A stretch of 48,304 nucleotides of DNA from an uncultured Clostridia bacterium. Lineage in GTDB: Bacteria > Bacillota > Clostridia > Christensenellales > UBA1242. Both the position numbers and the translations under genes were made by a program. Every line of letters begins with the position of its first letter. The stretch's first letter is position 1. This document shows positions 33,664-41,560 of this stretch, one piece after another. The stretch is taken from positions 1 through 48,304 of the forward strand of contig CANQFL010000002.1 in the NCBI GenBank assembly GCA_947598785.1. The letters are read 5' to 3'. The notes beneath the pieces are model-generated. The model was not told the origin of the DNA and did not search any database. It saw nothing but the letters and a program-made list of their open reading frames with translations.

Positions 33664-34797
33664 ATGAAAACTAATGTTTTTAAAAACATATCATTGATTT
33701 TATGTTTAATCTTGACCATATCATTTGGTTTAGGATTGCTTTTATTTGAGAATAGTGCATCAGCTGAAGAAGATACACAAACCCCATTTTCTCAAACAGT
33801 AGTAAGTGATGAAAATTTTTCTTTAACAATGAGAGTTACACCACGTAATGAAACATCTGTTTTGCCTTTAATACAAGAAACTTATGAAACAGTTGATGGA
33901 GAAATAACATATTTTTGCTTTCAGTGGAGAGATTTAAATACAATTACATTTAATATAGAAAACTCATTTAATACAAATTTAACTTTCAAGTCATATTCTT
34001 TACTTATGACTTATGCCCGTACAGATGATTTAACTCAATCAATTTTGAGTGAAAATAATACACCTAAAAAATTGATAACATCAGACTATTTGCAGAATAA
34101 TACATTCACATATAACATTGATAAAGATGCACCTATATCAAGTGGAAATATTCGTGGAAATTATGGTTTTGGTCTTTATAGATTTCAATTAGTTTACAAA
34201 TTTTCAGAACAACAAACATCTACCACCTCAACCAAGTCAATAGGCAACATATACGTTGCAGTCATTCCTGATGATATAGATAAAATAACTTCTTTAGATA
34301 TACAAAAAGAAAAGATAGAAATAAGAGTAAGAGTTTCAAGTGCAAATAATTTGATGAATAAATATGGTTTATGGCTTTCAAGTGACCTCTTTACTTATGT
34401 AAATCCAAAATATATAAAATGGGAAATAACAGGAAAAGATAGAGAAAATAATGTATATGTTTTGACCAAAGATATGCAAGAAGAAAATCCAAACAGTAAA
34501 GTTTTATATGAAACTCCAGACTACTCTCCATACGGAAATTCTTATGATTTTGAATCAAAAGGAATTGAAGGATTATGGGACGTAGAATGTAAAATCTTAT
34601 GGAAAAACCCACCTGAAAATGTAGATAAAAAAGATTCCAGATGTTCATTTACTGTCACCGGACTTTCAACATACAAAGTGGAACATACAACAAATATTTG
34701 GTGGATTATACTAATTGCTATTGGTATTTTATTGTTGATTATAATAATAGCTATTATATTAATTGTATATTATAAAAAGAAAGAAAAAGTTTGGTAA
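33664..34797 (+). CDS. Type I membrane / surface protein of unknown function
   Basis: Signal peptide (ISLILCLILTISFGLGLLLFENSASA), a ~300-aa beta-rich ectodomain, a C-terminal TM (IWWIILIAIGILLLIIIIAIILIVYY) and a KKKEKVW stop-transfer tail. Confidence 0.6.
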   Translation: MKTNVFKNISLILCLILTISFGLGLLLFENSASAEEDTQTPFSQTVVSDENFSLTMRVTPRNETSVLPLIQETYETVDGEITYFCFQWRDLNTITFNIENSFNTNLTFKSYSLLMTYARTDDLTQSILSENNTPKKLITSDYLQNNTFTYNIDKDAPISSGNIRGNYGFGLYRFQLVYKFSEQQTSTTSTKSIGNIYVAVIPDDIDKITSLDIQKEKIEIRVRVSSANNLMNKYGLWLSSDLFTYVNPKYIKWEITGKDRENNVYVLTKDMQEENPNSKVLYETPDYSPYGNSYDFESKGIEGLWDVECKILWKNPPENVDKKDSRCSFTVTGLSTYKVEHTTNIWWIILIAIGILLLIIIIAIILIVYYKKKEKVW

Positions 34798-34802
34798 TTT
34801 AA

Positions 34803-35207
34803 TTATAAAATATTATGGAAATTTGCACTCATAAAATGTTGATAAATTTCAACATAGTGTTTTATTATATCTAATGAGACATAGAATTCAATAGGTTCAT
34901 CTTCATCAATATAAGTTTTAAGTCTGACAATTTCAACTCCAAGCTCTTCTATAGATTTATGATTTTCAAGAAAGCATAAAACACTTTCATTTTTCTTCCA
35001 AGAATATTCCAAATTATCAACTAAACTTGCGACTTCACCATTTACAATTCCATTATTTTTCTCTATTGCGATTTCTATATCATAACAATAACGATTTACC
35101 TCATCAAGAGATTTTACAACAAGTCTGTCCTCAATGACACAAATTGCAATTAAAACCAAAAAGATAAAAATCATGGAAAAAAGTTTAAACCAACCCCACT
35201 TAGTCAT
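34803..35207 (-). CDS. DUF4363 family protein
   Basis: N-terminal TM followed by a helical domain ending ...HFMSANFHNIL. It overlaps the stop of the upstream DUF421 gene by 4 nt, which is the usual DUF421-DUF4363 pairing in Firmicutes. Confidence 0.6.
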   Translation of the reverse strand: MTKWGWFKLFSMIFIFLVLIAICVIEDRLVVKSLDEVNRYCYDIEIAIEKNNGIVNGEVASLVDNLEYSWKKNESVLCFLENHKSIEELGVEIVRLKTYIDEDEPIEFYVSLDIIKHYVEIYQHFMSANFHNIL

Positions 35208-35929
35208 TCTGTCACCTTCCCAAGTGGTTTAGTTTTAAATGTTTGATATTTTTCATTAAATTTTTGAATATAAACTTCTCCACTTTTATCAATAGTAAGA
35301 ATAAGAACATCTTTAACTTGTTTTATGTTGGCATTTTTCAAAAGTTCTTGAATTTTTATTTCATCTACATTTGCAATTTTTAAATTGGCTTTATTTATTT
35401 TTCCTTCACTAATTAAACTTATTGGAATAGTGCTTTTTTCTGGTTTTAGTTTTAAATCTTGTGAAGTAACTGGAGCAAACTGACTTTTAGGTAAAATACT
35501 CATTTTTCCATTAGTTTCCATAATGGCATATTGAATTTGTTCCATTTTAAAATATCCACACCCTCTGATTGCTTCAAAGACATCATCAACAGTAATATCC
35601 AAATTTTTTAAAGCTTTATAATCAATTCCATTAGGATTGATGACAATGACAGGCTTCCCACTTAAAAAATTTGAAAACTTACCACTAATTTTACTGAGCA
35701 TAGTCAACAAATAATGAAGAAGGACAAGTGTTAAAAGAGGGATTATTCCATGTAAAACAGGCATAGAAACTTCAGCCATAGGAATAGTTGCTAAATCTGC
35801 AATAATAAGAGTAAGCACCAATTCAAAAGGTTGCATTTCTCCTAGTTGTCTTTTTCCCATCAATCTATATAAAAACAAAACAACTATATAAATTATTATT
35901 GCTCTAACAACAATGGTTAACATGTTCAT
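35204..35929 (-). CDS. DUF421 (YetF/YdfS-like) membrane protein
   Basis: RAIIIYIVVLFLYRLMGKRQLGEMQPFELVLTLIIADLA is the characteristic DUF421 N-terminal segment (GKRxLGQMTPFD). A soluble C-terminal domain follows. Confidence 0.75.
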   Translation of the reverse strand: MNMLTIVVRAIIIYIVVLFLYRLMGKRQLGEMQPFELVLTLIIADLATIPMAEVSMPVLHGIIPLLTLVLLHYLLTMLSKISGKFSNFLSGKPVIVINPNGIDYKALKNLDITVDDVFEAIRGCGYFKMEQIQYAIMETNGKMSILPKSQFAPVTSQDLKLKPEKSTIPISLISEGKINKANLKIANVDEIKIQELLKNANIKQVKDVLILTIDKSGEVYIQKFNEKYQTFKTKPLGKVTE

Positions 35930-35963
35930 ATTATAAGCAAAAGTTAAAAAAATACAATTTTTT

Positions 35964-37514
35964 TTATTTTTTTTGTAATTTTTTTTGTTTTATTTTATTT
36001 ATTTTTACTTTATAGTTAAATTTTTGCTTAATTTTTTCCAAAAAATATGAAAAATTTATTACATCAAATACTATACATAAAGTTGTAAAAATTAACATTC
36101 CTAAAGATATTGAAATTATAAGATTAAAAAACATAGGAATATAATAATCCAAAATTGCACTCACAAAAGAAGAAATAGCCATGCTCGGTAGCGAAAATAT
36201 AGTAAACAAAATTAGATTTTTTATTAATCCAATCTTTATCTTAAATTTCCTTTTTAACATCAAGATGTTGAGTAAAGATGTGAAAATGTATGACAATCCC
36301 ATTCCTACAATCAATGCATTTATTCCAATAAATTGAGGCAAGACAATAATTGAAAGAAATAAAAATACACTTCCAACTATAAAGTTTATAAAAGATTTAA
36401 CTTCAAGCCCTACTGAATTTAATATAGCAGACGTAATATTGGTCAAGCCCATAGGAATCATAATCCAAGCCGAAAATTGAAGTAACGTTCCACTTAATGC
36501 TTCATTATATATGAATACCCCTAATTTATCTCCAACGGCTATAAATATAGGTGCTATTACAAAAGAAACAAATAGTGCAAAACTAATTGAAGATTGAACA
36601 CGTTTTTCTATATGAGCATTATCATTTTGAACCATCGCCATAGAAATATCAGGCACAAGAGCTGTTGACAATGGACCAATCAAAGTACCTGGCACATACA
36701 AAAATGGTAAAGCCATACCAACAGCAATACCATAAAGTTCCATGGCTTGATTTGATGTAAACCCCACTTTCATGAGTTGTGCAGGTAAAATCAAAGCAAT
36801 AAGAGGTTGAACAAAACTCCCAACAACTCTTACTCCCGTTATCGGTGCACTTTTAATTATAACTTGTCTATATATTTTAGTAGGTTTATTTAATTTGCCA
36901 CCATAAAAAAAATAAAGTAAAACTACAAAAAAAGAAGAAACAAGACATGACAAAGTAACAGACCAAGCAACAGACATAGCATACTGCAAGGCTGTCATGC
37001 CAGAAGCCAAAAGCAGAACACATACAATAATTTTTACAACTTCTTCTAAAAGTTCAGAAACGCACAGTCCAAAATAGTTATCATTTCCCCACATTGCACC
37101 TCTAAAAACACTATAAATAGATGAAAATATAAGGGTTGGCAATAAAATTATGAGAATATTGATGCAATTTGCATCAGTAAAAAGATTAGCAAATAGATTT
37201 CTAAAAATAAGAATTATTGTACACAAAAAAACACTGACAATAAGACTTACAATCATGCTTGAAGTTACCAAACTTCCCATTGCTTTTTTATCTGCACACA
37301 CTCGATAACTTGCAGTCATACGTGAAATAATTAAAGAAAAACCTGATGAAACAATAGTGAGAAGAACCATAAAAACTGACATTGCCACTTGATATAACCC
37401 AAGGGCTTCTGCTCCAATGGTTCTTGAAAGAAAAATTCGGAAGAAAAATCCAATCATTCTTGTTAGCAGGGTAAATAGCATAATTATTACAACATTCTTA
37501 AAAATTGATTTCAT
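35964..37514 (-). CDS. MOP-superfamily polysaccharide/lipid II flippase, SpoVB/MurJ-like
   Basis: 516-aa protein with about 14 TM segments. N-terminal TRMIGFFFRIFLSRTIGAEALGLYQVAMSVF is typical of SpoVB-type proteins. The sporulation-specific role is inferred from context only. Confidence 0.65.
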   Translation of the reverse strand: MKSIFKNVVIIMLFTLLTRMIGFFFRIFLSRTIGAEALGLYQVAMSVFMVLLTIVSSGFSLIISRMTASYRVCADKKAMGSLVTSSMIVSLIVSVFLCTIILIFRNLFANLFTDANCINILIILLPTLIFSSIYSVFRGAMWGNDNYFGLCVSELLEEVVKIIVCVLLLASGMTALQYAMSVAWSVTLSCLVSSFFVVLLYFFYGGKLNKPTKIYRQVIIKSAPITGVRVVGSFVQPLIALILPAQLMKVGFTSNQAMELYGIAVGMALPFLYVPGTLIGPLSTALVPDISMAMVQNDNAHIEKRVQSSISFALFVSFVIAPIFIAVGDKLGVFIYNEALSGTLLQFSAWIMIPMGLTNITSAILNSVGLEVKSFINFIVGSVFLFLSIIVLPQFIGINALIVGMGLSYIFTSLLNILMLKRKFKIKIGLIKNLILFTIFSLPSMAISSFVSAILDYYIPMFFNLIISISLGMLIFTTLCIVFDVINFSYFLEKIKQKFNYKVKINKIKQKKLQKK

Positions 37515-37620
37515 ATAAAATACTTTATAAGAGTTTGGACAAATTTATGACAAAAGCAAGAATTTTGAATAATTTTCTAAAATTAAGTTTTTTTTGAGAA
37601 ATTTTTGCATAAATTTATGT

Positions 37621-37785
37621 ATGAGTATAAATAAAATTTCATTTCCATATCACCAAATCAAAAAAGGTGAAAATTTAAAAACAATCTCTGAAAAATATCA
37701 AATCGAAAGTACAAAAATTTTACTTGATAACAATTTATCACCAAAACAAATAAAAGAAGGAGTATTCATTTTACTTAAAAAGTAA
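37621..37785 (+). CDS. Small LysM domain protein
   Basis: MSINKISFPYHQIKKGENLKTISEKYQIESTKILLDNNLSPKQIKEGVFILLKK fits the LysM pattern (Y-V--GDTL--IA--Y......L...N......L..G..L.I). The first ATG is at 37621; the track start 37594 is a TTG. Confidence 0.6.
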   Translation: MSINKISFPYHQIKKGENLKTISEKYQIESTKILLDNNLSPKQIKEGVFILLKK

Positions 37786-38520
37786 TCATTTATTCCCTTC
37801 TTTTTTTGTTTTAAATCTTTTTTGAATAAATTTTTCAATTTGTGCTTGATAATGGAAAGATAAAAATAACAAAATTCCCACAACGACTATCAATATCCCC
37901 CAAACTATCAACCCCCAACCATGATATGGTATAATTTCTCCACTACCCAAAAAACAAGTTGAAAAAATTGCTAGAGGACGAGAAATAACATTTGTAAAAA
38001 CAAAAAATGCCCAAGACATATTTGTTAAACCTGCTACCAAGCACAATATATCATCTGGAAATATAGGCAAAAGCATCATGATAACAAAAGAATATTTGCA
38101 ATTTGACAAAAATTTTACCCATTTACCACACGTTTCTTTACCAACCATAAAAATTACTAGTTTTTTTCCAAAAACTCTACCAAGCCAAAATGCAAAAACA
38201 CTCCCTAATAAAATTCCTGCCAAACTTAATAAAGCAGTTTGCAACGGGCCATATACCAAAATCCCAGCAAGTGTAGTTATGGTTGAGGGAATAGGAATGA
38301 AAGTAACTTGTAAAAATTGCAAGAACACATAAGTCAACCTACCCCAAAATCCTATAGACAAAATGAGTGTTCTGATTTTTTCTACTGAATTTATATATTC
38401 CCATGCACCTGTCCATACAAGAACATAATACCCTAAAGTAACCAACGCCCCCAAAACAAAAAGGACTAAAAAAGTTCTTAAAATTTTTCTTTTTAATGTT
38501 AATTGTTTTTTTTCTTGCAT
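37786..38520 (-). CDS. TVP38/TMEM64 (DedA-related) family membrane protein
   Basis: LQVTFIPIPSTITTLAGILVYGP and the multi-TM topology are typical of the family. Confidence 0.75.
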   Translation of the reverse strand: MQEKKQLTLKRKILRTFLVLFVLGALVTLGYYVLVWTGAWEYINSVEKIRTLILSIGFWGRLTYVFLQFLQVTFIPIPSTITTLAGILVYGPLQTALLSLAGILLGSVFAFWLGRVFGKKLVIFMVGKETCGKWVKFLSNCKYSFVIMMLLPIFPDDILCLVAGLTNMSWAFFVFTNVISRPLAIFSTCFLGSGEIIPYHGWGLIVWGILIVVVGILLFLSFHYQAQIEKFIQKRFKTKKEGNK

Positions 38521-38556
38521 TGATATAATATATTCCTATTTTCTAAAATTAACAAA

Positions 38557-40161
38557 TTATGGATTATATTCACTTGGATTAATTTTTTCTAATTTGATTT
38601 TTACATTTTCCAATGTCTGAGCATTTACTTTTTGAGGTTTTATTATTTTAACATCACTTGCTGGTATTGTCATTCCTTCAACAGGACTTTCTACCCCTTC
38701 CATAATTATGCCATCTTGAGGTTGATAAAAATCATGACGAATCTCTTTTTCCTCAATAAGTTCACCATTTTTATAGTATTGTAAATAACCTTTACTTTCG
38801 TATCCTTCTCTTGGATACTTTACTCTTTCATATTCCCCTTTATATAAAATTTTATTTGAATATTCACCTTTCGTATCAGGTACAATTTTATCTCCATTAT
38901 GTGGAATAACTTTTATTAACTCTGCCCTTCTTTTTATCTCAATACCGTCTTCAAATTTTTGACCATATATTTCAACACCTACTTCTTTGTCATTTGCATA
39001 AGTTTTGATGTAAATAGGATTTTCTAAATTATTTTTAAAAACTAAATCGCTATAACTTCCCGAAACCATAGCATCAAAAGAGAGAGGAACATAAGAAGCA
39101 GGAAGAGAATGATGATTTACAGAAAGAATTTCAATATCTGACAAAATAAGAGCATTATATAAAGTTGTAGATGCTTGACATACACCACCTCCTACACCAT
39201 CAACATAAACTCCATTGACAATTATGTGAGCATTGTTGTAACCTTGTTCTTCAGTTCTAGGGCCTGTAGTTTCATTAAAAGAAATAGTTTGTCCCGGTTC
39301 AATAATCATTCCATTAAAATTTGAAAGTGCACGTTTTACATTTTCTTTTCTTTTAGCAGAACTTGAAGCGTATGAAGTGGAAAATGAAGCTCTTTTGACA
39401 ACACTATTTTTTAACGCCTCTAAATCAAACGAATTCTCTATTTCAATAATTGGAATATCTATGCTGATTTTTTTATCTTCTTTTAATGCGTTATCAATAT
39501 TTTCATACAGTAAATCACGATTAACTAAAACTTTATTTTGCCCTTTATCAACTTTAAAAACTTCTTTGCTATCTGGTTCAAAAATCAAGCTTGCTTGTTT
39601 ACTTTCTTGTTCAACTTCAGAAATAATATCGTCTAGTTTTTCATCAATATTTCCAAGTACATTTGTGTAAGAAATTTGAAAATTTAAGCCATTCTCTTGA
39701 ATTTCTTTTTCTTTTATTTTGTTTTGGAAAAAATTACCTTTCCTACCATGTCTTGCAATTTGTGCTATAACAGGTTGAATTTTATTTGTAACTTCAAAAT
39801 CATTGCCATAAAGTGTCCAACTTTTATCTTTATTTTTAAGTTCAATTTGTATATCTTTTTTACTATTCAACATATCGGTTAAAACAACATTTTCGGCTTC
39901 AGCGACATTCATTCCTCCTACATTAATTCCATTAATTTTAGTGTTTTCATAAAAAACTTGATTTCCAGAAATTGCTTCTTCAAAAAATAATTGACAACCA
40001 ATTAAAAGAGCTACTGAAACAGCAGAAATACCAAGAAACCATAAAAAGCCTTTTCCTCTCTTTTTTTCAGATTTTTTTTCTTTTTTTAAGGTTTTTGCAA
40101 CCTTTTTCTCATCTTTTTTAACTTTTTTTTCATTTTTCATAGAAATAGTATGTTCTTGCAT
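38557..40161 (-). CDS. VanW family protein with Lys-rich N-terminus and signal anchor
   Basis: VanW core PGQTISFNETTGPRT...GVGGGVCQASTTLYNALILSDIEILSVNHHSLPASYVPLSFDAMV. N-terminal KKVKKDEKKVAKTLKKEKKSEKKRGKG is followed by a TM helix. Confidence 0.85.
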   Translation of the reverse strand: MQEHTISMKNEKKVKKDEKKVAKTLKKEKKSEKKRGKGFLWFLGISAVSVALLIGCQLFFEEAISGNQVFYENTKINGINVGGMNVAEAENVVLTDMLNSKKDIQIELKNKDKSWTLYGNDFEVTNKIQPVIAQIARHGRKGNFFQNKIKEKEIQENGLNFQISYTNVLGNIDEKLDDIISEVEQESKQASLIFEPDSKEVFKVDKGQNKVLVNRDLLYENIDNALKEDKKISIDIPIIEIENSFDLEALKNSVVKRASFSTSYASSSAKRKENVKRALSNFNGMIIEPGQTISFNETTGPRTEEQGYNNAHIIVNGVYVDGVGGGVCQASTTLYNALILSDIEILSVNHHSLPASYVPLSFDAMVSGSYSDLVFKNNLENPIYIKTYANDKEVGVEIYGQKFEDGIEIKRRAELIKVIPHNGDKIVPDTKGEYSNKILYKGEYERVKYPREGYESKGYLQYYKNGELIEEKEIRHDFYQPQDGIIMEGVESPVEGMTIPASDVKIIKPQKVNAQTLENVKIKLEKINPSEYNP

Positions 40162-40171
40162 TTAAAAAATA

Positions 40172-40198
40172 TTAATAAAAAAAAAGCCTTTTGGCTTC
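40172..40198 (-). terminator. Putative rho-independent terminator downstream of cca
   Basis: The minus strand reads AAGCC-aaaa-GGCTT followed by a T9 run, immediately after the cca TAG stop (40199..40201). The stem is short (5 bp). Confidence 0.45.
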
Positions 40199-41431
40199 CT
40201 AAAAATTTTTTAAATTTTTTTCAATTTCATTTAAAAGGTCTTCTTTTTGATTTGGCAATTTTCCGTCAAAGACTTTATCTAAAAGATTATTTAAAATTTT
40301 ATTATAATTTCTTTTATCGATATTTTCAAAATTATTTTTTATATCATCTTCGCTTATTTTTAAGTCCCCAACTTTGATAACTAATTCATGTTCTATAATA
40401 TATCTATAGAAAAAATTATACTTATTTTGAATATGTTTTGATTTATTTCCTAATAAAGAATAGATATATGCCCAATCTTCAAAATATTTAAAGAAATATT
40501 CTTTGTTATTAACTCCAGACAAAGCATCATAATAGCCGGCAAGATAGGTAAACACCTTATTTGTTAATGATGAATTGAAGCCAAATTGAACTTTTAAAAA
40601 ATCTTCAACAAAAGACTGCAAACATTCTGGTTTTTCATTATCAATAATATCAATCAAAAGTCCAAGAACTCTATCTTCTGTTTTATACACCATTTTATAT
40701 CTTATTTTTTTTGTTTTAAGTCCAAAAAATTGCCATGTTCCAAGTTCATTGAGAAGATTAAGCGCTTTTTTCAAATTTGTTTTCTTTTGATTATACCTTT
40801 TATCACAATACAATATTTTCTCTATTTCATTATATTTTCTTTCGCCATGAATAGAAGATAAATTGCTAGCATATTTTATAGCTGCTTTTTTAGTTTGTTT
40901 TTCAATTTTAAAGCCAAGTTCTCCAGCAAATCTAACCATTCTCAAAATTCTTTCTCCATCATTTTTGAGAATTTCATTAGGGTCAATATTACATCTCAAT
41001 AATCTTTGATTAGTGTCAATAATTCCATGATATAAGTCAACACATTCATCTTTATTAATATTATAATAAATTGAATTTACAGTAAAATCCCTTCTAACAG
41101 CATCTTCTTCTATTTTGTTTGTACTTTCTACTTTAACAGGACAATGTGAACCATTATTCTTATAAACCTCTTTTCTGAACGCAGTATATTCATAAGTTTC
41201 ATCGTTAATGGAAATTTGTAAAGAACCAAATTTAAGATTTTTTACTTTTACTAAAAAATCACTTCCAGCTAATCGTTTTGAAACTTCATCAATGTCAACA
41301 CAACTAGTTATATCGACATCTCCACCTGAAATTTTTAAAAGTTTATTTCTAACATAGCCACCTACTACATACAAATTTTCAGGGAAAAATTTAGATAACT
41401 TTTTTAAATTAGAAGATATTTCAATAAACAT
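40199..41431 (-). CDS. cca: CCA-adding enzyme / tRNA nucleotidyltransferase (poly(A) polymerase family)
   Basis: LYVVGGYVRNKLLKISGGDVDITS (GG-VRD...D-D motif), RRDFTVNSIYYN and ERILRMVRFAGELGFKI. ATG 41431 is preceded by GGAG with a 5-nt spacer. The 27-codon hydrophobic extension in the track is rejected. Confidence 0.8.
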   Translation of the reverse strand: MFIEISSNLKKLSKFFPENLYVVGGYVRNKLLKISGGDVDITSCVDIDEVSKRLAGSDFLVKVKNLKFGSLQISINDETYEYTAFRKEVYKNNGSHCPVKVESTNKIEEDAVRRDFTVNSIYYNINKDECVDLYHGIIDTNQRLLRCNIDPNEILKNDGERILRMVRFAGELGFKIEKQTKKAAIKYASNLSSIHGERKYNEIEKILYCDKRYNQKKTNLKKALNLLNELGTWQFFGLKTKKIRYKMVYKTEDRVLGLLIDIIDNEKPECLQSFVEDFLKVQFGFNSSLTNKVFTYLAGYYDALSGVNNKEYFFKYFEDWAYIYSLLGNKSKHIQNKYNFFYRYIIEHELVIKVGDLKISEDDIKNNFENIDKRNYNKILNNLLDKVFDGKLPNQKEDLLNEIEKNLKNF

Positions 41432-41486
41432 ATAAACTCCAAAAAACAAAAAAGAAAATACGAATGTATTTTTGATAAAAAAATAA

Positions 41487-41548
41487 TACAATATATATTG
41501 TAAAAAAGTCAAATATATTTGACATTTTATCTAAAAACAAAGTAAAAT
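41487..41548. promoter_or_regulatory. Back-to-back divergent promoters (cca and the P-type ATPase) embedded in two adjacent perfect 16-bp palindromes
   Basis: TACAATATATATTGTA (41487..41502) and GTCAAATATATTTGAC (41508..41523). Plus strand: TTGACA (41519..41524)-18 nt-TAAAAT (41543..41548). Minus strand: TTGACT-18 nt-TATTAT, using the other arm of the second palindrome. Confidence 0.45.
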
Positions 41549-41560
41549 AAAGTTGTTATT

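Noticed and set aside
37515-37600. Sigma-E-type promoter upstream of the SpoVB-like gene
   Set aside because: A CATAAATT -10-like element is present, but no ATATT-like -35 lies at the required ~14-nt spacing. That is not enough to call.
37698-37883. 61-aa minus-strand ORF spanning the LysM/TVP38 gene boundary
   Set aside because: It overlaps the 3' ends of two better-supported genes in other frames and shows no motif.
41432-41512. 27-codon hydrophobic N-terminal extension of cca in the ORF track
   Set aside because: It starts at a non-ATG codon inside the promoter/palindrome region. ATG 41431 has a GGAG SD and yields the normal distance to the GG-VRN...D-D active-site motif.
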